Sequence record: MN871445.1 | DNA length: 64,000 nucleotides | Reading direction: 5' to 3' (one strand) | Part shown: positions 47,283 through 56,938 of the stretch, in pieces | Layout: every line of letters starts with the position of its first letter | Position numbering within the stretch: position 1 is the stretch's first letter | Notes under the pieces: generated by a model | Told to the model about the DNA's origin: nothing | Seen by the model: only the letters and a program-made list of their open reading frames with translations | Database searches by the model: none | Translations under genes and position numbers: made by a program

Positions 47283-47460
47283 CTTCAATGACCGGATGCA
47301 AATCTTTTTACGTAATAAAGATGGCCAAATCCGGTTCTCCCAAAAGGATGCTACGTGGCTGACTTTATTCGCAGGGGAAGCCGATAGCGTAACACAACAA
47401 ATGTCCGGATTGCAGGAACAAACTACACTGGACCGTAACCTCATCAATCAGAAAAAATAA
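47134..47460 (+). CDS. Rz1: Outer-membrane lipoprotein spanin (o-spanin)
   Basis: Lipobox LTAC (Cys20); overlaps the i-spanin 3' end by 149 nt in another frame. Confidence 0.8.
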   Translation: MTLLIKLSSFLILCAALTACTPKQIVEKPVVIQQSLEPVSAQLMQPHPNNFNDRMQIFLRNKDGQIRFSQKDATWLTLFAGEADSVTQQMSGLQEQTTLDRNLINQKK

Positions 47461-47499
47461 CAACATAACTGGAGGAGGCTTTCGCCTCCTCCTATGCTG
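47461..47499. terminator. Two-tier hairpin without a T-tract
   Basis: CAACATA-ACT-GGAGGAGGC-TTTC-GCCTCCTCC-TATGCTG. Confidence 0.75.
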
Positions 47500-47587
47500 C
47501 GTGTAATCTATTTTAAGAAGACCAAAAATACTTTGATGTAACCGCCCAACTCTATTATAATAACGTCGTATAATTGTTCTTAGGCAG

Positions 47588-48535
47588 TTATACGTTAGGC
47601 GCATCGATATTTGTTTGGGATATGACTTTATTGGCGGTAAGGGTTTTCGTAACGGTAACATCTTGTTCCATGGCGACATCCCGTTTCATGGTCACTTCGC
47701 CATCGATAACTGCTTTACCGTCATAACCATTTTCGGTGGTTGTCGACAGTGAACCCACTTTCACCAATCCTGTAAATTCACTCAACGGACACTCGACTTT
47801 CATGCTGTCTGCTTTAACCTTGAAGTCTTTGCAGGTGAAGTCAATAGTTTTAGCTTCCACCGATAATGTTTCAGGCGCAACCATCGCTAGGTTGTTTTTA
47901 TTCAACTCTACTTTGGTGCCAGTACTCAATTGAGCCAACATCGCTAAAGCCACGGCGTCTAAACTAAATTCATGGCCGTTATCCGTAACAACATTCAATA
48001 CCCCTTCTTTGGTATTCACCTGTATTGTCCAGGCTACAGGCTCACCATTACTTTTATTAGTTGCTAAGGTAACCTGTCCGGTATGTGTAGATACCTCTGT
48101 GTAATATGAATTTTCTGGTGATGGTTCTGGGTTATCTCCGTCGGGATTGGGGTTGTTGTTATAAACATGCGTCACTGTTTCTTGCCTACGCAAGTTATTG
48201 TCCAAACCCGATTCACGCCAGTAATACTTATCTTGGTTAGCAAACTGATATAGCTTTACACGTTCACCACGACGTACGTCTGGTGGAGTTGTTCGGTTAC
48301 CCGTTTCTGGGTACCAGGTTGCGGTAAGAGTAATGTCAGTCATGGTGGAGACTTCATAATTCTTACCTTCTGCATCGGTACCTTTGGCCTGAATAATGGA
48401 CGGGTTAGATCTAAACTCCCCATCCATATGTGGGACCCACTCTATCGGGGTAACCAGGATATCTCTCGAACCTATCTCTTTATGTTGGGTTACCCGACCT
48501 ATTCCGATTTCACGTAAACCGCCTTCATACGTCAT
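47588..48535 (-). CDS. Baseplate central spike (gpV/gp5-like; phiKZ gp164-like)
   Basis: OB-fold-like N-terminus (TPPDVRRGERVKLY), C-terminal beta-helix-type repeats; divergent from sbcC. Confidence 0.75.
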   Translation of the reverse strand: MTYEGGLREIGIGRVTQHKEIGSRDILVTPIEWVPHMDGEFRSNPSIIQAKGTDAEGKNYEVSTMTDITLTATWYPETGNRTTPPDVRRGERVKLYQFANQDKYYWRESGLDNNLRRQETVTHVYNNNPNPDGDNPEPSPENSYYTEVSTHTGQVTLATNKSNGEPVAWTIQVNTKEGVLNVVTDNGHEFSLDAVALAMLAQLSTGTKVELNKNNLAMVAPETLSVEAKTIDFTCKDFKVKADSMKVECPLSEFTGLVKVGSLSTTTENGYDGKAVIDGEVTMKRDVAMEQDVTVTKTLTANKVISQTNIDAPNV

Positions 48536-48572
48536 GGTAATTCCTCTTTTACTGGAGTAAATACAAATAATG

Positions 48573-48737
48573 TAAAAAAATACTGGCTTGACTAATTCAA
48601 TGCCCTATTACTTAGGTTTGGACCTTCCTGCCACGTAGTGGCGTTTATGATCTTAATATAAAAGAGAGATCATAGAAATAAGTATATTAAGATCAGATCC
48701 GGGGATATACCCATGGAGGTATATCCCTTATATGCCG
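48573..48737. other. Structured non-coding element B (homologous to 6997-7255)
   Basis: TAAAAAAATACT, TATTAC (48606), GCCAC-GTA-GTGGC (48630-48642), A-rich tract, AAGATCAGATCCGGGG, hairpin 48702-48727 then TTATATGCCG. Confidence 0.65.
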
Positions 48738-48836
48738 TCTAAACCTAAAAGATAGGATACTGTCAGATAATGTCCAAGCTAAAATTATATCGATGAGAAA
48801 CATATTTTAGTAGCCCATCACGGTGAGTAATTAACC

Positions 48837-51287
48837 ATGGAATTAGATTCTCTTTTATTGGTGGGGTATAGACCCTTCCTGTTGAACAACATCAATGAAT
48901 TACTCTATACCCCACAGAGTGCGTATCAAATCATCTTAGGGATGAACGGGTGTGGTAAATCTTCACTGATGCGTGAATTGAGTCCTCTGCCTGCGACTCC
49001 CGGGGATTTTACTGAAGGTGGGGTAAAGAAATGGATTGGTCGTCACGAAGGGAACCAATACGAACTGAATAGTGAAATCGGTAAACGAAGTGCGAAGCAC
49101 TCTTTTATTTGTAACGGGGAAGAATTAAACCCTGGCGGTACCGGCGCCGTACAGAAAGAATTAGTACAACAACATTTTAAATTAACCCCCGAAATACACC
49201 AGGTACTGCTTGGTAAAACCCGGGTTAAATTCACTAACATGGCACCGGCTAAACGTCAAGAGTGGTTTCAACTCATCGCTCCAGTCGACATCAGTATTGC
49301 TCGCAAACAGTATCAATACTTTCTTAGTAAGGGACGTTCTCTTACAGAAGTCGAAAAACATCAAAAGCAAGAGTTGGTGGAGGCCAGTAAACGTTTAGGT
49401 GATGGGGTTGCGGTTCGATTACTTGAAGAAGAAATCCAAAAGTTAAGAGAACAAGCCCAGATTTATATGGAGGCCAAAGTTCCCGTCACCACGACGCAAG
49501 CAATCAGTTTATCCGAACTGGAGAAAGCCAGTCGAGACGTACTTAATTTTATTCCGGATACAGACTACCCAACTACCGATAGTGTCATGTTGGGAATTGC
49601 AGCCACTGAGCAGAAAATTGATGGCTTGGAGCGTCGCTACAAGGAACACGTTGACGCGTGCGTTAGAATTGAAAAACAGATTGCAGAAATTGGTGACATT
49701 GGTCATTTAGATATTTCATTGCTGATGGAACAATTAGGTCAGTTAGCCGCTGAATTAGCAGTGTGCTCGGTCAGGGAACATGTTGTTCCAGAATCTCAGG
49801 TCAATTCTGTTATTGATATGGTTTCTGCTAGAATGACGGAAATTACCCAAGTACTCGGAACCATGCCAGTTAAACGAGATGATTTTACTAAGGAGCAGTG
49901 GACCTCTCGTGGCGATATTTTAAATCGGTTGATGACGACTATTCAGAGTGACGAATACAAATTAACCAATCTTCAAAATCAGTTATATCAAGTAGAGTCG
50001 GCGCAATCGGTTAAATGCCCAGCATGTGACCATCAATTTAAACCCGGTATCGAGCACAATGCAGCAGACCACATTAAATCACTTATAGAAAGCACCAATT
50101 TAAGCATACTCACCAATAAGGCTCAAGCAGATAAACAGCGAGAATACCTGGATGAGTTTGAGGCATGGTACGGACCAGCCAAACAACTTGCAAGTTTGTT
50201 GAATAGCGAAAGCATGCATTATGTTAAAGAGATGCTGTATGGGTTGGATGATTTATGGACTGCCCCCCGAAAGGCTATTCCTGAGTTGATGTCTTGGCTC
50301 AATACCTTGAAAGAATATCAGCACTATTTATCTTTACGTGATGCCCATGCAACTACCCAAAAAACCTACAGCATGGCAGTAGATGCTACCGCCAAAGCAA
50401 AACGCCAACAGGTGGATGCGTATAAACAACAATACGCAGATGAAGAACTTGCATTATCTAAAGTGCAGTCAAACCTATTAGGCTGTAGGGAAACCTTAAC
50501 CCGGTTAATTCAAATTAAACGTAGATACGTGGAGTTTGAACAGAACCAAACTGTCCTGTTACAGCAATACAATAAAACCATCGATGCTGAGATCGCCTAC
50601 GCAAATCGTGGCTTTAATGCCATTCTTGATAATTACATTGGGGAGATACATAGTCGATTGGGTCTGTTGGAAAATCAACGGATTGCTTTGATACAGGCCG
50701 CAAGTCATGTAGAGAGATTGAATGCGTCTTTAAAAGTATTGTCGCAAGATATAGAGGCATGTCAGGTATTGGCCTCTATTCTTTCCCCCAAGGATGGTTT
50801 TATCGCAGAACAGTTATCAACTTCAGTAAATGCACTGTGCGATGCCATGAATGCGGTTATTCGAAACGTTTGGACTTACGACCTAGAAATATTGCCGTGT
50901 GGAGTAGATTCAGGGGAGCTTAATTATAAATTCCCCTTACGAGTCTACGGTAATGATGAATTGCCTCTCGACGATATCTGTGAAGGGAGTGAGTCTCAAT
51001 GTGAGATGGTCAATTTAGCATTTAGATTGATTGTAATGGCATATTTATCGCTTGCCGGATATCCGCTTTATTTGGATGAACTTGGTAGGGAATTTGATGA
51101 AACCCATGGAAGTCGAGTGATGCAATATTTGAAATTATTGGTTGACTCCCAACAAGTGAGTCAGGTATTTCTTATCTCACATAACCCGGCGTTACATAGC
51201 GTATTTACATTAGCGGATGTAAACATCATCAACACAACCAATATCACCCTTCCGGCGGAGTATAATACCTGCATGACGATACAATAA
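48837..51287 (+). CDS. sbcC: SbcC/Rad50-like SMC ATPase
   Basis: Walker A GMNGCGKS, long coiled coils, CPAC zinc hook, signature SESQ, Walker B LYLDE, H-loop LISH. Confidence 0.93.
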   Translation: MELDSLLLVGYRPFLLNNINELLYTPQSAYQIILGMNGCGKSSLMRELSPLPATPGDFTEGGVKKWIGRHEGNQYELNSEIGKRSAKHSFICNGEELNPGGTGAVQKELVQQHFKLTPEIHQVLLGKTRVKFTNMAPAKRQEWFQLIAPVDISIARKQYQYFLSKGRSLTEVEKHQKQELVEASKRLGDGVAVRLLEEEIQKLREQAQIYMEAKVPVTTTQAISLSELEKASRDVLNFIPDTDYPTTDSVMLGIAATEQKIDGLERRYKEHVDACVRIEKQIAEIGDIGHLDISLLMEQLGQLAAELAVCSVREHVVPESQVNSVIDMVSARMTEITQVLGTMPVKRDDFTKEQWTSRGDILNRLMTTIQSDEYKLTNLQNQLYQVESAQSVKCPACDHQFKPGIEHNAADHIKSLIESTNLSILTNKAQADKQREYLDEFEAWYGPAKQLASLLNSESMHYVKEMLYGLDDLWTAPRKAIPELMSWLNTLKEYQHYLSLRDAHATTQKTYSMAVDATAKAKRQQVDAYKQQYADEELALSKVQSNLLGCRETLTRLIQIKRRYVEFEQNQTVLLQQYNKTIDAEIAYANRGFNAILDNYIGEIHSRLGLLENQRIALIQAASHVERLNASLKVLSQDIEACQVLASILSPKDGFIAEQLSTSVNALCDAMNAVIRNVWTYDLEILPCGVDSGELNYKFPLRVYGNDELPLDDICEGSESQCEMVNLAFRLIVMAYLSLAGYPLYLDELGREFDETHGSRVMQYLKLLVDSQQVSQVFLISHNPALHSVFTLADVNIINTTNITLPAEYNTCMTIQ

Positions 51288-51333
51288 TCATATGGCTACT
51301 GCTATCCTTACTTACTCATTTGATTGAATTAAC

Positions 51334-51369
51334 AACATATCGGGAGGGCTTTCGCCCTCCCATTTTTTT
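51334..51369. terminator. Bidirectional terminator
   Basis: AACATATC-GGGAGGGC-TTTC-GCCCTCCC-ATTTTTTT. Confidence 0.9.
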
Positions 51370-51370
51370 G

Positions 51371-51997
51371 TCAAGTTAATAAACCGTGGTCCCTAAGGAT
51401 TTGAGCCATCCTAGCATTTGTCGCCTTGGAGGTTGCCAACTGATTTTCTAAATCAACGATTCTGCTAGATAATGTCGTATTGTTAGTGATTGCAGCCTGC
51501 CTGTTCGCCTCGGCTATTTCATGCTGCTCGGCTGTCACGGTAGTAACTAAAGTAGCCGTGTTAACCGTAACTGGGGCAACTACACCGAGTACACTCACCG
51601 CAAGTTCACCCACCTGCTCAACAAAATTCGATAGATCCACACCAGAATACAATGCCCCCAAATTAACACCTACCACAGTGTATTTATATTCCACCGTAGA
51701 TTGGTTTGGATATTGGGCGATATACGTGCTAGGTACGTACATCGTAGCGACACCAGTATTTGCCCCGGCCAGAGTCACCAACATCGCCCCGGTATTTAAA
51801 TCCTCCAGGTAGTTCTGCTGGGTTAAACCTTTAGGTGAATAATATTCACTATATACGTCCACCCCCGCAGTGGCTAAATCCTCGAAGCGTCGAACGGCAA
51901 TGCACGTGTACTCGTGTGTCAGGTCGGACACCCACGGCGTCCTCAGGGTATAAATACCCTTTGCATTCAGTGGTGGTACGATGCTGATGTTTGCCAT
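51371..51997 (-). CDS. Conserved hypothetical protein, likely virion-associated
   Basis: 208 aa, PPLNAKGIYTLRTPW start, C-terminal coiled coil. Confidence 0.65.
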   Translation of the reverse strand: MANISIVPPLNAKGIYTLRTPWVSDLTHEYTCIAVRRFEDLATAGVDVYSEYYSPKGLTQQNYLEDLNTGAMLVTLAGANTGVATMYVPSTYIAQYPNQSTVEYKYTVVGVNLGALYSGVDLSNFVEQVGELAVSVLGVVAPVTVNTATLVTTVTAEQHEIAEANRQAAITNNTTLSSRIVDLENQLATSKATNARMAQILRDHGLLT

Positions 51998-52009
51998 GGG
52001 ATGGTCCTA

Positions 52010-53338
52010 TTACGAATTAAAGAAGGCTTTGGTCAATACCAAATAGTCGGCGTCATTATAAGTGGCTGACACGTATGTAATTCCCCCGCGAACTACGCGC
52101 AGCATACCTTGAGGTACGTCGCTGGTTGGGGTCATACTCTCAGCAGCATAGAGTAGACTATTTAATAGGATACAAAATCCTTGAGTGTTGGTTGACATTC
52201 TGTCAAAATCAGCGGATGTGGTGGACACAGCCAAATAGTCAGGATATTGCGCAGTTAGTGTAGTCTCAGCCAACCTGTTTTCTTGACTACCGATAGCTAA
52301 AAACATAACTGACTTATACGGGCTTGCGTGAATCGAACAGCCCTGAGCTATCCAGGTCGGACTATAACCATACATCGCAGATTGTGCTGTCGTTAACAGA
52401 CCTGGAATTTGGACACCAGAACCATAGACCCCACTTAATACCGTTTGGAATTCTATTGCAATGTTGTTCCATAGTGGAACAATGTAGAATTCAGTGGGAA
52501 TAAAAAGGTCTGGAAAGTGCACCCTCCAGATGCTTTCACTGTAACTGGTATTCGACAAGATATAATTTTTAATGGCGTCACGAATGGCATCATCATTATT
52601 TCCTGCCTCACCCCAAATGGTGACTAAGAAAGTTACTTTGGTATGCTGGGTGCTATCCGTGCTATCGTACCAAATATAATCGCGAGCAACGAGATGGGTA
52701 TATGCCGTACCCCCATACGCCTGGTTTGCTTTGTTAACCATATCCATGGTATCGATGCTGGCAATTAATGGGATAAAGGTTTCGGCGCTTTGATGCATCA
52801 AATCAACACTATCAGTCGGGATGGTAATACCCATCTCGAAGAAACTGTATTGGTTTTCAAAAGCGCTATTTGCAAACCACATTTTAACACTACTACCGTC
52901 GGTATCAGATACCAACGATAACGTAATGTATTGCGGCAAATAACGACCATGGGCATCCACCACCATGGCACCGATATCTTCGATATTGAAGATGGTGGAA
53001 AACTCAGAATTAAACACCTGCGCACATGCAGTAGCATCACTGGTAAATACCAAATTGATGCATTGGGTGTAAAACCACTGTGCCGCATGAAGTAATGGGG
53101 TTTGATATCCGGTCGGCATCACGATGTTATTGGTGACCGTCGAACCCGAAGATTCCGTAATCGTTTCTACAGAACGAAAACATAATAAAATGGCGTCGGG
53201 ATATGTATCGCTACCATAAATTCCCATATCGCGGGAATAGGTTTTCGATTTACGGGACAGCTCGCCTAGCGTGGCAACTGCCCCGTAAGTATTATCGATC
53301 AGTCCCTTCATGCCGACGAAACAATGAGCACTGTACAT
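52010..53338 (-). CDS. Probable virion structural protein
   Basis: 442 aa, TLGELSRKSKTYSRD and FPDLFIPTEFYIVPLW blocks; AAGATATG late-type motif upstream on the minus strand. Confidence 0.65.
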   Translation of the reverse strand: MYSAHCFVGMKGLIDNTYGAVATLGELSRKSKTYSRDMGIYGSDTYPDAILLCFRSVETITESSGSTVTNNIVMPTGYQTPLLHAAQWFYTQCINLVFTSDATACAQVFNSEFSTIFNIEDIGAMVVDAHGRYLPQYITLSLVSDTDGSSVKMWFANSAFENQYSFFEMGITIPTDSVDLMHQSAETFIPLIASIDTMDMVNKANQAYGGTAYTHLVARDYIWYDSTDSTQHTKVTFLVTIWGEAGNNDDAIRDAIKNYILSNTSYSESIWRVHFPDLFIPTEFYIVPLWNNIAIEFQTVLSGVYGSGVQIPGLLTTAQSAMYGYSPTWIAQGCSIHASPYKSVMFLAIGSQENRLAETTLTAQYPDYLAVSTTSADFDRMSTNTQGFCILLNSLLYAAESMTPTSDVPQGMLRVVRGGITYVSATYNDADYLVLTKAFFNS

Positions 53339-53370
53339 TTGCTGCCCCTTGGGTTATGATTTGGCAATAA

Positions 53371-53384
53371 TAAGATGATAAAAT
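53371..53384 (+). promoter_or_regulatory. Promoter candidate TAAGATGATAAAAT
   Basis: 13/14 match to 53994-54007; contains extended -10-like TGnTAAAAT. Confidence 0.4.
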
Positions 53385-53421
53385 GACACTTAACTGGGTC
53401 ATATCTTAACGGAGAAAACCT

Positions 53422-53973
53422 ATGTTCTCAACTTTTTTTAAAATTTTGCCGGCATTGTGGCCGTTTTTCGTCGAAATTATTACCGGCGGTAAGAAAGACG
53501 ATTTTTACGATACACCCAGCAAATTAAAATCACTCTTTATTATTTTCGCGGTGCTAGTTGCACTGCTTGGTTACGGGTCATATCAGTTATATAGCGCTTG
53601 GGTTGAAATCCAAGAAAGCCGGCAGACCATTAATCAATTACAATCAAAGTTAGGTGCCTTGACTCCGCAATTGGACGAAAAGAGTTCTCAGATTGTAGAA
53701 TTGAAACGAGAACTCGCGGAAAGTAAGTCGGAAGCTCAAGGCTTGCGTTATGACAAGGATGAATGGCGCTCGAAATATGAAGAAGAACACCACGAGGCTC
53801 AACTTCATGAATTCGAATCGACACAGTTAAGGTTGTTGTTAAATCAATGTTTAGTGTTAACCCCCACGTTACAAAAATTCAAAGAAACTAAAAATACGCC
53901 TGAGAAATTGCGTGAACATAATCGTGCAATTGATAAATTAAATGGAATCAAACATCAGGCGTTATCTGAGTGA
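53422..53973 (+). CDS. Single-TMD membrane protein with long coiled coil
   Basis: Amphipathic N-terminal helix, TMD LFIIFAVLVALLGYG, heptad-rich C-terminus. Confidence 0.75.
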   Translation: MFSTFFKILPALWPFFVEIITGGKKDDFYDTPSKLKSLFIIFAVLVALLGYGSYQLYSAWVEIQESRQTINQLQSKLGALTPQLDEKSSQIVELKRELAESKSEAQGLRYDKDEWRSKYEEEHHEAQLHEFESTQLRLLLNQCLVLTPTLQKFKETKNTPEKLREHNRAIDKLNGIKHQALSE

Positions 53974-53993
53974 AAAGTTACGTGGGGGATTAA

Positions 53994-54007
53994 TAACATG
54001 ATAAAAT
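53994..54007 (+). promoter_or_regulatory. Promoter candidate TAACATGATAAAAT
   Basis: Second copy, upstream of RNase H. Confidence 0.4.
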
Positions 54008-54034
54008 TTGGACGATTAATTTAAGGGTATCGCG

Positions 54035-55594
54035 ATGAGCAAACTTGAAATGGTCATTTATACGGATGGCGGTTGTAATCCAAATCCCGGAGGTCCGTGT
54101 GGGTGGGGATTTCATGGATACGTTTATTCTAGCGATACGCTAGTAGACGCAGTCCCAAAAAAGATAGACACTCCCACGAACTTAGGTTACCTCAATGGTA
54201 ATAACCTAAAGGAAGCCCAGTCACAAATTTCGGCTTCCGCACATACCTCCAACCTTCCGAAAATCATGGGTTGCAAACCCGAGAGTACTGTAGATGGGTG
54301 GGGAGCAATTTATGCGGATACTCTCGGCGTAGATAAAACCACCAATAATGTCGCAGAACTTATGGCGGCAACACGCGGCGTGCAACTGGCCATTAAAAAA
54401 GAAGTATCTCGCGTACATCTTATTCTGGATTCTGAATATGCGCTTGGTATTACTAAAGCGGCACAGTCATGGAAACGCAACGGTTGGTTACGTTCGGACA
54501 TGACCCCACCCAAAAATCTGGAGTTATGGAAAACATTAGATGCCGTCGTGGAAGAGGCAAAATCCAGAGGGATTCAGATATCGTGGCAATGGACCAAAGG
54601 TCATTCAGATAACCTCGGCAATAAACGTGCAGATTTAAATGCCAACCGCGGTATTAAACTGTACAAGCTCGATCGAATGACTGAAATATTCGAAGAATTC
54701 CCATTCAACAAATATGTTACCGGGGATTCCAGACCAAGTCGTTTCTTTGGTCACGGCGCTTGGTATTTTTATACTCATCTCGGTGAAGTACCAAAAACAG
54801 AAGATGGCCGATTCATCTATTATTGTGGGGTGCATGATAAGCAAACCACGAAACAGGGTACTCCAAAAATAACGGCTAGCCGCCGCAAAAATGAGCTTTT
54901 TGGCAAAGCTTCTGGAGACTCTCGTTACTCAATACTGTTTACTAAGGAAAGTGACCCAGTATTGGAAGTTATTCGCCAGCACCAAGATGTAGTTTGTGAA
55001 AACCCGTATAGTAACGTGGTGGTGGCTGATTTAGATGCCATATTTAAAGCACAAAACTATGCGGATATTAGTCGACATGGTCCGGATTATCTGAATGTGA
55101 TTTATCCGAATAATGACCTATGGACATTATCTGACGACATGCTGACCTTTGAAGCCAATCCACCACGCCTAGCTTTAAATGCGATGGAAGACCTCGAATT
55201 TTTATCTCGGGTCCTGAAATCACATGTCGGATTGGAATCGTCAGTATCGTTGACAAAGACCGATGTGACCTCAGCATTTTTTGATGTTGAGGAGAAGAAA
55301 GGCAAGTCTGTGAAGAAAATCAAAGCCCATCTCAAACCTGGGGTCAAGTCGATTGACCTCGAGGTAAAATACAATTTGGGGGGTGAAATCAGGACAATGC
55401 CTACCACACTTGCTTTTGGAATACATTGTCCAGATCGCAATGTGCTTTCTTCACAGGCTGAGCGGGATGCTTCTGTTTATTTAGTGACCTGGCCTGAATC
55501 GGTATTATCATTTCGGTACGCCTTTGTCTTTGAAGCAGGTGGTGACAGTAGTTTGTATTGTGCTGTTGATGCCAACCACGTATTCACGAAATAA
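54035..55594 (+). CDS. rnhA: RNase HI with C-terminal extension (phiKZ gp155-like)
   Basis: IYTDGGC, TNNVAELMAA, LDSEY, WTKGHSDNLGNKRAD. Confidence 0.93.
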   Translation: MSKLEMVIYTDGGCNPNPGGPCGWGFHGYVYSSDTLVDAVPKKIDTPTNLGYLNGNNLKEAQSQISASAHTSNLPKIMGCKPESTVDGWGAIYADTLGVDKTTNNVAELMAATRGVQLAIKKEVSRVHLILDSEYALGITKAAQSWKRNGWLRSDMTPPKNLELWKTLDAVVEEAKSRGIQISWQWTKGHSDNLGNKRADLNANRGIKLYKLDRMTEIFEEFPFNKYVTGDSRPSRFFGHGAWYFYTHLGEVPKTEDGRFIYYCGVHDKQTTKQGTPKITASRRKNELFGKASGDSRYSILFTKESDPVLEVIRQHQDVVCENPYSNVVVADLDAIFKAQNYADISRHGPDYLNVIYPNNDLWTLSDDMLTFEANPPRLALNAMEDLEFLSRVLKSHVGLESSVSLTKTDVTSAFFDVEEKKGKSVKKIKAHLKPGVKSIDLEVKYNLGGEIRTMPTTLAFGIHCPDRNVLSSQAERDASVYLVTWPESVLSFRYAFVFEAGGDSSLYCAVDANHVFTK

Positions 55595-55606
55595 AGGAGA
55601 AACCGC

Positions 55607-56014
55607 ATGTGGTTACGAAAACTCTTCATCCGGTTACTGCCCGCCCGCATTAAGCGGGCTTTTGTATTAACCGGACTATATTCTATCTTGACGAAACAGA
55701 CCCAAATTAATCCTGAGGTTCTGGCGTCATTAAATGAAAGTTTACGGTTAGTATCCAATCCCAGTAGTTTACAATTTCCAGCGATGATGGCCTATTGGCT
55801 AGACATGCCTGGATTAGTTGGATTAGACAACCCCGTTCAATTGATTGAAGAAGTAACCAATAAACTCCCTACGTATTGGAAATACGGTATCGAGTTGGAT
55901 TTTAAGCATGATTTGCAGGAATTAGTAAAATATATTAGGCCCGGCACTTACTTCTCAAACATGGTGGTGCAGCCCAACGTATTCCCACATTCCGCATCAT
56001 GGCATCGGACATAA
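55607..56014 (+). CDS. Conserved hypothetical protein
   Basis: AAGGAG SD, 135 aa. Confidence 0.7.
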   Translation: MWLRKLFIRLLPARIKRAFVLTGLYSILTKQTQINPEVLASLNESLRLVSNPSSLQFPAMMAYWLDMPGLVGLDNPVQLIEEVTNKLPTYWKYGIELDFKHDLQELVKYIRPGTYFSNMVVQPNVFPHSASWHRT

Positions 56015-56015
56015 T

Positions 56016-56058
56016 CAACATATTGGGAGGGCTTTCGCCCTCCCTTTTATGCCGTTAA
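56016..56058. terminator. Bidirectional terminator; exact inverted copy of 19465-19507
   Basis: CAACATATT-GGGAGGGC-TTTC-GCCCTCCC-TTTTATGCCGTTAA. Confidence 0.9.
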
Positions 56059-56930
56059 TGTTTGCTAACGTATTTCTTACCAGCTTCTTCTACGGCGACC
56101 GCCAGTGCTTCGGCCGACGCACATACCAGGCCGTAGAATTCCAACATCTTCGCCAAATTGGCTACGTGTCTAGCCAGAGCATCGATATTGCGTGGCGCAG
56201 CAATATAGGTTTTATCGGGGTCCACCAGACCGTCGATTAATTCGCCGAGCATGGTATCCAGATTACGAACAGTTTCGCTTACTGCTTGCGGTGAATGCTC
56301 ACCCGACATTTTACCGAGCAGTTCATTCAGTTTGGTTTCCAGCAGTTCCCAATCACTGTTACGCTTAATCACCTGGCGGTATTTAACTTCAACCGCATGT
56401 CCTTTAAATGATTTTGCATGCAAATCGATGAACTGGGTTGGGTCAAATGTTTTTAGATAATTTCCAGGGGCGATAGTGGAGATTTTCTCCGGGTTATTCA
56501 ATACCGAACCAACCCAGGTTTTAAACGGAATCAACCCCGAATCGTAAAACTCATCCACTGCGTCAGCCATGCCGATAAGCAGTTCCACATATTCAAGGTA
56601 ACTGACTTGCAGCCCTTCCGGCACCGGCATCTTTAATTCGACATCGTTAAGATAGGGGCTGTTTTGTGCAGCCCGAATCACCTCACCCAAAGTTACTGCG
56701 GCGCGAAGTTGCTTTGGGGTACTATCAAATAGAGTAGAAATGTATTCGGTAGTGGTGCCCCAGAGTTTTTTCAACTGCTCTGCCAATTTCTTATGAACGA
56801 AGTTGACTTTGAGTGCTTCCGTGGAAATATTGCGTCCCACGGTAGGGAGTTGAAGGTAGGCGTTACTACCAATCACTTTAGAGTCCCGGATGATGTCCGG
56901 TAGCGTAGAACGAAATTGATAAGCCATCAC
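56055..56930 (-). CDS. Probable processed head protein
   Basis: 291 aa; ISTE protease-type site near residue 38; operonic with an inner-head paralog. Confidence 0.6.
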   Translation of the reverse strand: MMAYQFRSTLPDIIRDSKVIGSNAYLQLPTVGRNISTEALKVNFVHKKLAEQLKKLWGTTTEYISTLFDSTPKQLRAAVTLGEVIRAAQNSPYLNDVELKMPVPEGLQVSYLEYVELLIGMADAVDEFYDSGLIPFKTWVGSVLNNPEKISTIAPGNYLKTFDPTQFIDLHAKSFKGHAVEVKYRQVIKRNSDWELLETKLNELLGKMSGEHSPQAVSETVRNLDTMLGELIDGLVDPDKTYIAAPRNIDALARHVANLAKMLEFYGLVCASAEALAVAVEEAGKKYVSKH

Positions 56931-56938
56931 TGACCCCT

